Virus record (IMG/VR): IMGVR_UViG_3300005253_000186
Coordinates: 1 to 64,000 of that record
DNA from: a virus
DNA: 64,000 nucleotides
Reading direction: 5' to 3' (one strand)
In this document: positions 1-11,479 of the stretch, in pieces
How positions within the stretch are numbered: the first letter of the stretch is position 1
Layout: every line of letters begins with the position of its first letter
Made by a program: the position numbers and the translations under genes
The notes under the pieces: generated by a model
Databases searched by the model: none
What the model saw: the letters and a program-made list of their open reading frames with translations, nothing else
Told to the model about the DNA's origin: nothing

Positions 1-2
1 AT

Positions 3-386
3 GTACATCCGAACCCGGACGGATCCCGCAAGAAATGCGATAATTGCATGATGTTCATCTCTGGAGAAAAGCAGTGCGAAATCCACGACGTGAACATAGC
101 CGTTACGAAGGATATGACCTGCGGCTACCATGTCTACGGAAAGGTGCACGCCAAGAGGATGCATCAGCCAGACGGCGAACACCTGGACGCCGTGGACCCG
201 AAGCACAGCGGGTTGGCCGAAGTCAAGGGCGGAACAAGCTGCAACATCTGCGAGTATTACCGCAAGATCGATGACGGCAAAGGAACCTGCCTTGTCGTGC
301 AGGTTGGCGTTGGCGAGTCCGGGTCAGCCGGCAAGCTCGCCACCGTCGAAGCCCTCGGCTGTTGCGCCAGGTGGGAGAAAAAATAG
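3..386 (+). CDS. Cys-rich protein, 5'-truncated by the window edge (CxxC...C..CC repeats, possibly metal or Fe-S binding)
   Basis: Frame is open from the window edge (VHPNPDGSRKKCDNCMMF...). C-terminal CNICEYY...GTCLVV...GCCARW. Confidence 0.55.
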   Translation, partial: VHPNPDGSRKKCDNCMMFISGEKQCEIHDVNIAVTKDMTCGYHVYGKVHAKRMHQPDGEHLDAVDPKHSGLAEVKGGTSCNICEYYRKIDDGKGTCLVVQVGVGESGSAGKLATVEALGCCARWEKK

Positions 387-662
387 CTATATGAATAGCC
401 TTTCGAGGATGCGCAAAATCAGGGGCTCCCCTTACTCTCCTCGCATAGCCGAGTCTAGGAGGTTGGTTTTAGTGGCTCAGCTCCAATTCAGAGACACGTT
501 CGGAGCCCGTCTGCTGTTATTCGTTTGGGATAAAGATCTCTTTCCTGCTCCAAGTAAAAAGAAGAAAAAGAAACGCCGCGACAGTCTTGGACTTATTATC
601 GGCCGGCGCGGGATGCCCAGGACCAGGACCAATAGAAAGAAAGTGATCGGGGCGAAGAGGTT

Positions 663-887
663 ATGACTGGCGTATTCGCCAAGCCAATGGTTTTTAGCCC
701 AGTGATGGCAACGGCCATTTCCATTGTCGAAAGCGCGGCCTACGATGACCAGATGAGGCAGGCCAGGCGATTTATTGATGAGCGAACCCTCACCAATATC
801 GAGTACGATAAAATCATATCGAACTGTGGAAAGATTTCAGACCCGCCCGACCTTGGCTATAGAATTCTGAATTTCCTGTACTTCTAA
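663..887 (+). CDS. Small hypothetical protein with LGxxIxxF motif (DLGYRILNF)
   Basis: ORF track; motif shared with many small ORFs in this window. Confidence 0.5.
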   Translation: MTGVFAKPMVFSPVMATAISIVESAAYDDQMRQARRFIDERTLTNIEYDKIISNCGKISDPPDLGYRILNFLYF

Positions 888-919
888 CGGTATAAGATGA
901 GCAACCCGGGAGGCTCCCC

Positions 920-1432
920 ATGAATATGGGATTGCTCGTTCAGGACGTTATGTACGGAGAAAAGGTCCACAGGATTCTCCAAGAGATCGATTTGTTCCAC
1001 GCGGAGATTTGTGATGAGTACACACCAATCAAACAAGTCGTCATAGAGATCAAGGATTGCCCGTCATTCCGAAATCTCATGAACGAAGTTAATAGGATAG
1101 TTGCATTCCGCATCATCATTCGCGAGATGTATTTTAGATATACATCAGTCTCCAGAGAGACTATCTTTCCCATTATCATTGTCCACCTTTTGCTTCTTAG
1201 GCAGGAGTACCTCCTGGAAACTACGCGGCCCGAGGCTGTTGTCCAGGCGGCGGCGAGCGAAACAGTCAGGTGGATCTTGATCGGCCACGAACTGGGATAC
1301 CTTTCCTGTCCTGATCTTCGGGCCGAGTACAAGGAGACTCTCGGCAATACGTATAAGAATTGGATTAAAGAGAGGAAGTCCGCAGAGGAGACGATTGCAA
1401 GGGGCACCCCACCGTCCGGCTGTTACTTCTAA
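920..1432 (+). CDS. Hypothetical protein
   Basis: GGAGG SD; GGTATAAG motif at 889-896 upstream. Confidence 0.65.
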   Translation: MNMGLLVQDVMYGEKVHRILQEIDLFHAEICDEYTPIKQVVIEIKDCPSFRNLMNEVNRIVAFRIIIREMYFRYTSVSRETIFPIIIVHLLLLRQEYLLETTRPEAVVQAAASETVRWILIGHELGYLSCPDLRAEYKETLGNTYKNWIKERKSAEETIARGTPPSGCYF

Positions 1433-1443
1433 AAGGAAACCCC

Positions 1444-1908
1444 ATGAGTAAAAATAAAAAGATTAGTATCGGCTGGGAGATTTCAAAGTTCATGCACGAG
1501 GAGGGCATGGGCGATAATGACACATGGAAATGCGTCAGGATGCTCGTAATCATCGGGATGAATCTAACCACATACGGCCAGAGCAGAGTCGTCGACCTGG
1601 GCGACGTATGGTCTGAGTGGAAAAAAGGAACCATGAAGACGTTCTGGTACAAAAAGATAATGCGAGACGCCAGCAGGGATTTTGTGCTGAAGGTCGTTTG
1701 CGGGGGACTAACTGCCGCGAGAGCCGTCTGGCGGTTAGATGCGAAAAAATCGGAACCGCAAACTCCGGCCTCCGAACAACAGTTGCTGATTTACATCTGG
1801 CTCATCGAGTTGATCCAGGGAGCAAAGTGTAGGCCGCAAGGAACCTTGGGCGACCTGGCCCTGAAATGGTACGGATACGCCGTTTCGATGAACCGGAGCG
1901 CCCTATGA
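1444..1908 (+). CDS. Hypothetical protein (ISIGWEISKF N-terminal motif)
   Basis: ORF in operon, ATGA-coupled to the next gene. Confidence 0.6.
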   Translation: MSKNKKISIGWEISKFMHEEGMGDNDTWKCVRMLVIIGMNLTTYGQSRVVDLGDVWSEWKKGTMKTFWYKKIMRDASRDFVLKVVCGGLTAARAVWRLDAKKSEPQTPASEQQLLIYIWLIELIQGAKCRPQGTLGDLALKWYGYAVSMNRSAL

Positions 1909-2345
1909 GCCTAGGCGAGATGATCATGGATTTCTGGTACGATACGCCAGAGTTCAGGCGGATTGTGGCAAGAGCGGTCTACACGATGGGTGTATCTGGA
2001 TATGGCCGGACTCCCATCAGCCCGGAGTTGCGAGACAAGATAGTCAACAGCAGGTTCGTCAAGCCTCTGTCCCGGATGCCCACGGTCGCCATCAGGATCG
2101 TTCTGAAGACGCTGGCTAGAAGAAAAGTGTCCTGGGCTGGCTCGCTGATAAGATGGCTCAATCAAAACTACCTCTATTTCTCCCCAGAGATAGAGCAGGA
2201 GGCATGGGGGCACATGGAGCTTCTCGAAGTTCTTCGCATACACGCAAACATATCCGGATTCTACATCCGGAGTATGAAAACGAAGAAAGGGGACCATTGC
2301 TTGAATAATTGGTTCAAGTGGGCTATAAAGAGGAACTACCTATGA
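1905..2345 (+). CDS. Hypothetical protein (MSLGEMIMDF...KWAIKRNYL)
   Basis: ATGA overlaps on both sides; C-terminus resembles that of the next ORF (KWAETRSYL). Confidence 0.6.
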   Translation: MSLGEMIMDFWYDTPEFRRIVARAVYTMGVSGYGRTPISPELRDKIVNSRFVKPLSRMPTVAIRIVLKTLARRKVSWAGSLIRWLNQNYLYFSPEIEQEAWGHMELLEVLRIHANISGFYIRSMKTKKGDHCLNNWFKWAIKRNYL

Positions 2346-2716
2346 CGCTTGGAAAGAAGATCTTCGCCTTCCTGGGCGAATCATCTACCTACTTTCAGCT
2401 TCTAGAATATATGTTCAAAAACATCCGGAGGAACATATCTAAATACGATAGCGGGTGGACTTGGGGCGAGTTCGACACAGCATCATTCAAGTACTCGCTA
2501 TTCATCAATTTCGAGTGGGACTACAGCGCCTTCTTCTTCTTCCTGCGAGCCCTGAACTATGAAATATCAACGAACGGAGTAAATGAGGATTGCCGCACGT
2601 GGCCATTCTCGTTCGTCATCGAGCGCCTGTGGGGAACCATGACGCCCGAACCTAAGCCGCAGGGAGGATCGCCGGAGGACTACATTAAATGGGCGGAGAC
2701 AAGGAGCTATCTATGA
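2342..2716 (+). CDS. Hypothetical protein (MTLGKKIFAF...)
   Basis: ATGA overlap; paralog-like termini shared with the previous ORF. Confidence 0.6.
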   Translation: MTLGKKIFAFLGESSTYFQLLEYMFKNIRRNISKYDSGWTWGEFDTASFKYSLFINFEWDYSAFFFFLRALNYEISTNGVNEDCRTWPFSFVIERLWGTMTPEPKPQGGSPEDYIKWAETRSYL

Positions 2717-2760
2717 TGGTCGCAACTGGCTATAATAGCCAAAACTATGGAGGGAGCATT

Positions 2761-3102
2761 ATGAGAGCTGACGAACTCTCGGTGCTCGAAAGGTTCCTCG
2801 ATCATGCGGAACAGTGGATCAGAGAGACCAAAAACATATCCGGCACCGAGAGGTTCTTTAATGAGAACCATCGTAAAATCGTCGAGATGGGTAAGGACGT
2901 TATCCCCATCCTTCTCGATGACATGGCCAGTGGATTAGAAACAGACGAGGGCCCGACCCATTGGTTTTGGGCCCTCAAGCTCATCACAGATGAAGATCCT
3001 GTTCCAGAGAAAGAACGAGGTAACGTCGAGCTCATGGTAGAACGGTGGATCGAATGGGGGAGAAAGAATGGCAAGATCAAAAAAGAAAGAGAAGGCAATT
3101 AG
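2761..3102 (+). CDS. Hypothetical protein
   Basis: GGAGGGAG SD before ATG at 2761; typical coding composition. Confidence 0.65.
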   Translation: MRADELSVLERFLDHAEQWIRETKNISGTERFFNENHRKIVEMGKDVIPILLDDMASGLETDEGPTHWFWALKLITDEDPVPEKERGNVELMVERWIEWGRKNGKIKKEREGN

Positions 3103-3276
3103 GCCGAAGGATTGGGAGAAGCGTAAGACCGCGCTTGAGCGGAGAGATCGTGCAATAGAAAGACTCTTAAGACCTGAAGATCTAAAGCGTTAGAAGAAAG
3201 TTTCCGGGAAATGAATCCGGGACTTTCTTCCGCCCCTAGCTAAAGAAAAAGGGCGAGAGCCCCATTTCTTTACCCA

Positions 3277-4083
3277 TCACCACAGAGGATAATATCCCCA
3301 AGCCCATGCTCCGGGATGTTTCTTCTGGAACTCCTTGAACTTCTCGCACTCGTGCCCGTACCCTTTCCAAATGTCGAACAGGTGCGAGTCGAACTTTTTT
3401 GATCTTCCCTTGAGGTAATCCCATGCATTTGAGATCACGATCTTAACTTCCGGGAAGTCCTTCTTCAAGATCTCTCCGAAATATGCGGCGATGTACGGGT
3501 TGATCTCCACGATCGTCACGGACTTGACGCTCTTCTTCTCGCACACCTTTCGCGCCATCCATCCCATTCCGAGCCCGGCAATGACTACGTTGCCCTTGGC
3601 CTTCCTGATGCCAGGCCTGAGCGTCATGATTTCGTTGGGCGACAGACTCATCCAGGTGCCGCCTCCTTCCCTGCTCAAGACCGGGACGTTCACGGGGCCG
3701 GTAAAGTATACTATCCCCTGTTTGGTGGCCCCCTGAGCAACCCGGAGGCCGTTACGGATCCAATTGAAGCCGGAGGGCGCGGCCAGGAACGAATATGTCC
3801 ATACCGAGTCCCACCTGTGGGTGTGGAAAATCCTACGGTAGAGTCTGCACTGGCCGATCGAGATCTCTTCGCATTTAGCGGAATCGTCCGAAGTTTTCAT
3901 CTTTGTGAGCATGGGCATTTGCTTGTTTACCCACCTGTTGTAACTCTTGGCGTCGATCAATAGTTTCGTTTTGAACTTGACGCTATCATCCCACTGGATC
4001 GCCCCCTCCTTCTCCCAGCGATTCAGTTCCGGCATCGGACGGCGGCCCTTCTTCTTTTTCTTCTTTGTCTTTGTCGCAGACAT
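3277..4083 (-). CDS. Class I SAM-dependent methyltransferase / spermidine-synthase-like protein
   Basis: Motif I VVIAGLGMG, motif II TIVEINP, later FDSHLFDIW; AGGAG SD before MSATK. Confidence 0.7.
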   Translation of the reverse strand: MSATKTKKKKKKGRRPMPELNRWEKEGAIQWDDSVKFKTKLLIDAKSYNRWVNKQMPMLTKMKTSDDSAKCEEISIGQCRLYRRIFHTHRWDSVWTYSFLAAPSGFNWIRNGLRVAQGATKQGIVYFTGPVNVPVLSREGGGTWMSLSPNEIMTLRPGIRKAKGNVVIAGLGMGWMARKVCEKKSVKSVTIVEINPYIAAYFGEILKKDFPEVKIVISNAWDYLKGRSKKFDSHLFDIWKGYGHECEKFKEFQKKHPGAWAWGYYPLW

Positions 4084-5131
4084 ACTTATCTCCTTCTGAC
4101 GACTCGAACTCTGACTCCGGAGGATTGACCTCCTCGTAGGGGTTCCCGTCGAACATCCTCGCGATGGGAATGAACTCGTATGCTGGCTCGCCCATCTCTT
4201 CATTCCAGGTCATGTTCGATGCACAGACGACAAATACAGGTTTTCCGGTCTTTGCGTCTGTGCACTCCATCAGGGCGATACTGTCGTCCTTGAAGGCCCG
4301 ACGGAGCGTCTCAAAGTTGTTTCTGTGTCCTTCTGGGATGGCCATGGCTACTCCTCCGCCTCGTCTTCCTCAGGTTCTTTGCCGCCTTCCTCTTGAATCC
4401 GCGGAGGACTTGTGAATGCGTGGGTCACGTTCGTCGATACCCGGAAGTCGCATCCGCACTCGCATGACGAATCGTGATCTCCGTCCTCGAATAGATCATA
4501 CTCCTCGGAGTGATAGGGGTCCCATTGGAGTCCGCACTTCGGACACCTGACGAATTTCCTGCTGGTGACCTCGCCCTGATCTTCCTCCAGTCTCTTGCAG
4601 TCACCGCACTTCCACTTCCTCCCTTTCGGGAAAATAATGAAGTCGCACTGGCAGACGTGGCATATCTCTCCGTTCTCGATCCTGGCCTTCCTGTATGCAG
4701 TCCAGTCTTCGCTGTCATCTTCCTTTTTGTAGTCTTCTGATTTTACCCTCGGTACTCGGTTGTCCATGGTAGCCTCACTTGAATGCGCCGATGATCGACA
4801 GGACGATGTGCCAGAGAAGACCGGTCACGAGCAGGAAAAACGAAAGGCCCGTCCAGATCGATGCGATAGCTGCGAATAAGATTACGAAATCCTCGGCTTC
4901 TCCTTTCCCCTTTGCCACGATCGTCATGCTGACGACGAGCAACACAAATCCACCCGCGGTGCAGATAGCCGACCAATACATGAGGCTGTTTGACGTTAAG
5001 GCTTCCAACTTTTGAGTCCTCCTAGTGTTGTGGGTCCTGCCTCGGGAGTAGTTATCCCCAGACTATCAACAAAAAAGACGGCCGATACCGAGGTTTGAAC
5101 CCAATATCGACCGTCTTGGACAGGCAATTAA

Positions 5132-6172
5132 CTACTGCGCCCTCACGCGAAGTTTGGTCGCCTTAGGCGTCATGCTCATCGGATCGCCCTTGCGCCACTT
5201 GTTCCAGCAGTTGATGCACACACGGTACATCACCTCCGGAGGCGCGGACTTTTTCATGTTGACCCGGTATGTGGCGCCAGTGGTGTGGTCAGCCAGATAC
5301 TTCCTGAGTCTCCACCTGGCATCGGTCTTGTTGGTGAGGTCAAGACCGGTGATGACGGGACCCCAGAACTGGCCGGCCATCCGCGGCACTTTGTCGTAGG
5401 TCGCCATCATGCAGGCGATTACGGGCTGCCTTTTCACGTCGCCGATGCTGTCTTTGTTGTCCTGGAGCATAAGCGCAACGGAGCGAAAGGTCTGGGAGTG
5501 CTCCTTTACAAGCATCGCCATCTCTTCGTTGCGGTGACGCTTGCGATCTGTGGACTTTTCGAATAGCCACATCTTCATCCCTGAAACCAGGGCGCTAATG
5601 AGGGACATGTGGACACCTGTTGTGACCTCGGTGTCGGCCAGGCGCACTTTGGTGAGATGCCCTTCTGACCGCGGCAAGCTCTGGTCAAACATGCTGTAGA
5701 TCGACTTGAGGTCCTCTTTGGTGTCCACGCTGTAACTGATCTCGCGGACCTGGAGTTCGTAGTCTGATGGCATGTTGACCAAGGCCCAACAGGTGTGCTG
5801 GCCGTTGATTTTGTATGTGACGTGGTCGTATCGGCAGGTAGCCAGGGTGACCAGTTTGTCGTCGAAAGATCCGCGCTTCATGCGGTCCCAGAGTTTTTGG
5901 ACGTGGTCCTCGGAAATATCCCGCTCGCCGGCGAAAATCGGCAGTGCGCAGTATCTGTACGCCTTCTCGTGGCCCAAAACGGTTTTCCTGTCGGAGATGA
6001 CCGTGCACTTCGGAGCTCTGATCCCGGGAACGTCCGGAAGATCCGTATTGACTTTGAATCGGAGGCGCTCATCCGGCCCCTTGTCTTCGGCGGCCCTGCG
6101 CGCCGCCTTCCGTTTCTGGCTTTTATTTTTCTTGCTTCGTTTGGATGCCCGCTTCCGTTTGGGATTCGGCAT
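5132..6172 (-). CDS. ParB/DGQHR-like domain protein with basic N-terminus
   Basis: KINGQHTCWA resembles the ParB-family (D/N)GQHR motif; GGAGG SD. Confidence 0.55.
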   Translation of the reverse strand: MPNPKRKRASKRSKKNKSQKRKAARRAAEDKGPDERLRFKVNTDLPDVPGIRAPKCTVISDRKTVLGHEKAYRYCALPIFAGERDISEDHVQKLWDRMKRGSFDDKLVTLATCRYDHVTYKINGQHTCWALVNMPSDYELQVREISYSVDTKEDLKSIYSMFDQSLPRSEGHLTKVRLADTEVTTGVHMSLISALVSGMKMWLFEKSTDRKRHRNEEMAMLVKEHSQTFRSVALMLQDNKDSIGDVKRQPVIACMMATYDKVPRMAGQFWGPVITGLDLTNKTDARWRLRKYLADHTTGATYRVNMKKSAPPEVMYRVCINCWNKWRKGDPMSMTPKATKLRVRAQ

Positions 6173-6214
6173 TTCCTGTAGCCTCCATTTCCAGTGATTG
6201 TTGTTGGACCGTAA

Positions 6215-6721
6215 CTAGCCCTTGAGAATAACCTTATCCCATTTAATTTTGACCATCCGTTTAAGTGACATTTCGGCTTTCCCTAAAAATTCTCCTACAA
6301 GCCACTCGTCTGCGATACCAAAGTACGGAGACCATGGCGGCGTCTCTTTCCTGCGCCACATAAAGCCTTTCGTGCGATCAACGAAGTCGGGGAGCGAGTA
6401 GCTGTACTCGGGGAGCCTATCGAAGAGCTCTTTGTTCATCGTGATCTCTTCCCGAGCGTCATACGGGAGGGTCTCGCCATTGGCCATCCTGTGAATTTGC
6501 AACCTAAGCCGTTCTACCTCGTCCCGGGATTGACGATGGGCGGACTGAGCCCTTTGGGCCATCCGTAACCTTTCGTCCCCCGTAATCTTGGTGTCTTTGA
6601 CTTTAAGGCGCTCCACGATAAGCTCCTGCTTCAGTGTATCTCTCTGCTGTTTCAGCTTGAAGCACAGCGCCTTGTGTAATTGGATCTCTTCTTTCTTCTT
6701 GGCTAGTTTCCCTCTACCCAT
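6215..6721 (-). CDS. Hypothetical coiled-coil protein
   Basis: ORF within a minus-strand operon. Confidence 0.6.
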   Translation of the reverse strand: MGRGKLAKKKEEIQLHKALCFKLKQQRDTLKQELIVERLKVKDTKITGDERLRMAQRAQSAHRQSRDEVERLRLQIHRMANGETLPYDAREEITMNKELFDRLPEYSYSLPDFVDRTKGFMWRRKETPPWSPYFGIADEWLVGEFLGKAEMSLKRMVKIKWDKVILKG

Positions 6722-6723
6722 CC

Positions 6724-7158
6724 CTAGGCCTCCGCATCGTCTGGCTGAGGAATGATCTCGAAAAATACATTGCTGTCCCCGAGCTGTTTCTCGAACATCT
6801 TCATCCCTAGGAAGTCGGGATCTTGATACATGCGAACGGTAATGGCTCCTGCCGTCCTCTCCATGGCACCAGGGATGCTGCCAAGGTATCCATCCGTGAT
6901 GAGGATCAGATGGTCTACAGGGTCTTTCCTCAGCAATTCGCCCATCCTATTCAAGGACGACGCTCCGTACCGAAGATCTAGTTTCCCGAGATCTAACTCG
7001 TAGAGGTCCACGACTTCATCAAAATCCACCGTCCCCGTGAAAAAGATCAAGCGCACCTTTTCGTGCCCCATCTCCATCCTGAGTTGCTCAATCAGTTTGT
7101 TCCCGCGAATGTCGTCTGCGAACGACCCGCTGTGGTCAATCGCGATTGCCGTGCTCAT
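6724..7158 (-). CDS. vWA (MIDAS) domain protein
   Basis: IAIDHSGS (DxSxS) and LILITDG motifs. Confidence 0.7.
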   Translation of the reverse strand: MSTAIAIDHSGSFADDIRGNKLIEQLRMEMGHEKVRLIFFTGTVDFDEVVDLYELDLGKLDLRYGASSLNRMGELLRKDPVDHLILITDGYLGSIPGAMERTAGAITVRMYQDPDFLGMKMFEKQLGDSNVFFEIIPQPDDAEA

Positions 7159-9080
7159 GTCGATTCTCCTATCGCCTTAAGGACAGAGGCTTTGTCTTTG
7201 GTTAGGATGAAGATCTTCCGGAGGCCCTTGCCATCATAGGCCTTCACTTCGATTCCCCCATCCAGATCTTTGGAGAATCGGACTGTCCCCGGAGCATATC
7301 TGTGGCGTGCGGACTCGGGCACGCCCAAGATGATTTTCGCGCCGAGACGCTCCATTTTCGACGCGAATCGCCTCAAGTGTTTGGAGATGCTGCTGTGCTT
7401 ACCCCTTTTCTTTGTCTTTCCCATGGAGAGTCACCTCGATTGACTCCTTGATCTTTTTGACACGGTCCACGATGGCCATGTCCCTTTGGTAACTTCCAGT
7501 CCCATATGCAGTTGTATGCATGCCTGGTTCAGAATGACGCGCCCATACCGGGATAAGAGACAAAAGAAATTCTGCATCTTCAGCGAGCTGTTTGGTTTCC
7601 GGAATGACGATAGCGGCTTCTCGTTCCACCTTATACCCAATCTCGTCCTTTGGAAGTTCGAGTAGCCTTGAACCAAATCCTGTATTTGCCTCCACCCCTG
7701 TTTGGGGCATATCAAGCCGGAGCCACGCGATCTCCCACTCCGAGCGGCTCCAGAATTTCACCCAATAGTATCCAGGTTCAAACCGGGCCTTGAGCTCACT
7801 CTTTGCCATCGTCCTTGCCCTCCACCGTTTCGTCACTCTCCACCGGATGACACACCGATCCGCACTTGGGGCACTCGCCCGATGGCATGATCTCGCCGGG
7901 CTGGACTCGCTCATAGAGCTTGTGTATTTCACCCAGAGACTCGTATAGCCAGTATTCCTCGCAGTTCTGACACTGGTGCAGGCCGACAACGCCGGACGGC
8001 TTTTTCATGGTGACTTTTTCGTCCGCAACCCTGGCCTCAGCTACTCTGGCCAGGGCCGACATGGTGCCATTGAATGTATTCTCAATGATCTCGGCCACAA
8101 TTCTGGTGTTCTCTTTCGAGTCTGGGCCGAATGTTGTTCCCGAAATCGTGACTGCTGCCTGCCTGGACAGCTTTCTTGCAACCGTCTGTCTAGCCAATTT
8201 CCTTGATCTCCTTTTTCACATCTTCGATCTTCTTCCGAAGATGGACCAGTCCATGCGGGAGAAAGTCGTGGACCTCATCCTTCTCGACGACCATCCTTTG
8301 CAAGCCAATGCCTTTTCTGAGCCTCAAGATGCTTTTCGCAACTCGGATAGGCTTGTCTCTCGCCTCTGCCGTAGCAAACCAGTGCGCCCATCCGAGCACT
8401 GTCATCAAGAGTGCGAACGTCAGCGTGTAGCCATTCCCTGTGTATGAGGCGATGACGTAGAGAACGATGGATAAGATGAACGCCGCCCGCCCTTCCCTTT
8501 CCCTCGAGAAATAGATCTTCCTGGCATCCCTGTACTCCAGGAGCATATCGTAGTGCCTGTTCTCCATCTTGAACAGGTGCATGAGGCGTTCTCGGTTATA
8601 TCCCATCTCTCTGCCTCCTGGCCCCTAGGGAGCACTCTTTGCAAAGGAAGTCTGGCGACTCGAACTCAACCTTTCTCTGATAACACTTGTGGCAGGTGTC
8701 AGGCGCCAGGACGTTCATGACGATTTTCTTAATCGCCCCTGTCAGCAGTTCAGGCTTGTCCTTATTCTTGCTACACTCATGCATGACAGACCCGATTGCC
8801 CGGATCAGATTCGTCCGGTACTTCTCCAGGTCCTTGATCTTCTCGCGCTGAGTGTCACCGCACTTGATTGCCGTGTCCAGTCCTGCTTTCAGGACTGTCA
8901 GGCTCTCATCATCGGCCTTCAGTGCAGCCAAGATGATCGGGTGGATCTCCTTGATGTAGACGAAGTCGGCCCAGACCGACCGCTCAGTCTTGTTTCGTCT
9001 CGCCAGCTCATGAGCCGCCGTCCCGACCTTGTGGGACAGGTCCCGCGCTCTCGCTTCTGTTGAGTCCATCTCCTTTCCTC

Positions 9081-9605
9081 CTAGTCAACCTCCAACGCCT
9101 TCATCAGCGCCTCCACCACTTGCAGTGATTCCTCCAGCCCCCGTTTCGTCTCCGCCAGCGCATCCGCCTGCACCGTCAGCCCATAAGACTTGAGAAACTC
9201 CGACAACCGAGAGGGCGGCTTGAAAAGTATCGACATTTCACTGTCGTCTATACGCAGTGCCACTTCCTCGTCCAGCTCGGTACCCGTCAGCACCAGAGAG
9301 CCGTGCGGCCAACCCTGGTTCGACCAAACCTCGATCAGGGGTTTCCACGCGGCATCATGGGACGAAGCCTCGTGGTGAATATCCAGCCGGTCCTTGCCCT
9401 CCTGAGGCGGAAGATGCCAGCCAGTCTTGGGAATAAGCTCTTCTTCGAAGATCATCTTGACCAGCAGCGCCCGTACCTGATCTGACAGCCTTCTTTGGAC
9501 TTCCCAGACACGTTCATGTTGATCTGCAATATCTTTGTCCACTTCGGTCAGCTCATCTCGCACACGCTCCCACTCCGGTCTTGCGGGATTGGTTGTCTCA
9601 TTCAT
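9081..9605 (-). CDS. Hypothetical protein
   Basis: Strong SD (GGAGGAAGGGAG) and coding composition. Confidence 0.65.
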   Translation of the reverse strand: MNETTNPARPEWERVRDELTEVDKDIADQHERVWEVQRRLSDQVRALLVKMIFEEELIPKTGWHLPPQEGKDRLDIHHEASSHDAAWKPLIEVWSNQGWPHGSLVLTGTELDEEVALRIDDSEMSILFKPPSRLSEFLKSYGLTVQADALAETKRGLEESLQVVEALMKALEVD

Positions 9606-10656
9606 CTCCCTTCCCTCCGTTAATTGTCATCTCCAATTGATCTTCGCTCGATCATGTCGGCATACTCCAGAACAATCATGAGCGCTGTCGCATCGGCGAC
9701 GGTCATCTTCAGCGCGGCGGACAGGGCCTCGGGGGAGGTCGCGCCCTGTCCATTTTCATTCTCCGAGACGAACCTCATCGCCTCGTCGATCTTCATGTTG
9801 TGTTGGGCCATACGCCTCATCTTAAGCTCTTTAAGCAAGGGAAGCATCAGATCCGGCGATCCGTTTGGATCTGAACCCTTCAGGGGCCGGCCTTCTTTGG
9901 CGAACCACATGACCGTCACCTCGTGGCACTTCTCGGTGAGATTGATTAGTTCATCAAGCTTCCAGTTATCAATCGGATTCCCCATCGTCTTTCTTCCTCC
10001 CGATAATGACAGACATGAAGTCCATCGCATCGACACCCGTTGGCCCCGTGAATAGCCTGCCCCTCTGGCCCTTGAGCATTCCATCTGCCGCCTTCATGCG
10101 CGCAGAGTAATCGTCCCGTTCTGCCACCGTCCAAATGTAGGCGTGATGAATGCTCTCATTGTAGAGCATGTAGATGGCCAAACCGTTTGGGCTATGCATG
10201 CTCTCCGGCCCTCCGTTCCTTGTTGTGGGCGATCCAGAATGCCACTTTGATATTATGGGTCACATCCCTGCCCATATGGAACCATTGGTCGGCCTTGTCT
10301 ATTGCGTCGTAGAAGTTTCCCTTCAACTCTAAGTCTTGCCGGTTTTCCCTTGGGTCCCAGTGGCTCACGAATGCGCGGACTCCCTGGTCTTCCCAGACGA
10401 ACGTGAGGAATCCGAACTCCCTTTCTATCCTGATGTAGGCCCCGTCATCGCGCACCACGTACACGTAGGGCTTATTCACGAGCTTCTGGTCGGTGTTCCT
10501 CTTCCAGTGAGCTGGCATCTTTGGATCTGGTCGCGGCCTGCTCTTGAAGGCTTTGATCGCTTTGATCGCACATTCGATCTCGTAGAGAACGAAGGTGACT
10601 ACGGTTATGAGCCCGATCAATGCGAGAATTACAAGGATGATTTCCACGGCTATCTC

Positions 10657-11478
10657 CTAGATCTCGAACTCGTCGCCCACCTGGATGAACCCGCCGAACC
10701 CGTCCTCGGCACCAGCATCGGGCGCCTTGGGCTCGTTGTAATGATACAGATAGATCTTCTTCTTCACGTCCTCCGGGAGCTCCTTCATGTCGTCATAGTG
10801 TGGATGGACGCCCGACCTGAATCCCGTCTCGCAGTCATGAAGGACAATGTTTGCCGTAGTGTACAGGCTATCAAGATTCGGAACAAACTGCGTGTCCCCC
10901 GTCAGGAAGATGCGGCGCTTAATAACCGGTGCTCTCGGCATCAGCATCGGCTCGATCATCAGGCCGTAGCAGAACTGGATCCGAAAGCCAGACATGACGT
11001 GTGTGGTCTGAACGGGCCGGAATATGATCCCCTCCCACGTGAAGCTCTCGTTGATATTGATAGGCTGAACGTCGAAGTACGTGGTCAGCCTCGCCTCGAC
11101 CGACGTTCCGATCTTCTCCCTGACCTGAAGCGTCTCAAGACCACCTCTCAGAGACTTATCCCACAACTCCTGCATCAATCCTCCAACGCAGTAGAGCTTT
11201 GGCGGCGGGCAGTTCGGGTTGAAGAATGTGCACAGGGCCAGCCACTCCATCCCACCGATGTGATCTGCGTGGAGATGACTGATGTACACGCCGTCGATCT
11301 CCCCTACCTGGGCATTCCCGATCCCGTAGGCGTTCCTGAGCATGTCCTGGACTCGGAACCCGCAGTCGATCAGGAGTTTCTTGCCGGTGTCAGACTCGAC
11401 CACCATGTTGGAGTTGCCCATCTCTGCCGCGGCGAAGGCAGAGCCGACGCCGATGAACTTGATCTTTGCTCTAGGCAT
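10657..11478 (-). CDS. MBL-fold metallo-hydrolase, Apyc1-like cyclic nucleotide phosphodiesterase (candidate anti-Pycsar)
   Basis: GVGSAF, LLIDCG, SHLHADHIGG (HxHxDH), LWDKSLRGG, TGDTQF, HDCE, SGVH, YLYHY. Confidence 0.8.
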   Translation of the reverse strand: MPRAKIKFIGVGSAFAAAEMGNSNMVVESDTGKKLLIDCGFRVQDMLRNAYGIGNAQVGEIDGVYISHLHADHIGGMEWLALCTFFNPNCPPPKLYCVGGLMQELWDKSLRGGLETLQVREKIGTSVEARLTTYFDVQPININESFTWEGIIFRPVQTTHVMSGFRIQFCYGLMIEPMLMPRAPVIKRRIFLTGDTQFVPNLDSLYTTANIVLHDCETGFRSGVHPHYDDMKELPEDVKKKIYLYHYNEPKAPDAGAEDGFGGFIQVGDEFEI

Positions 11479-11479
11479 G

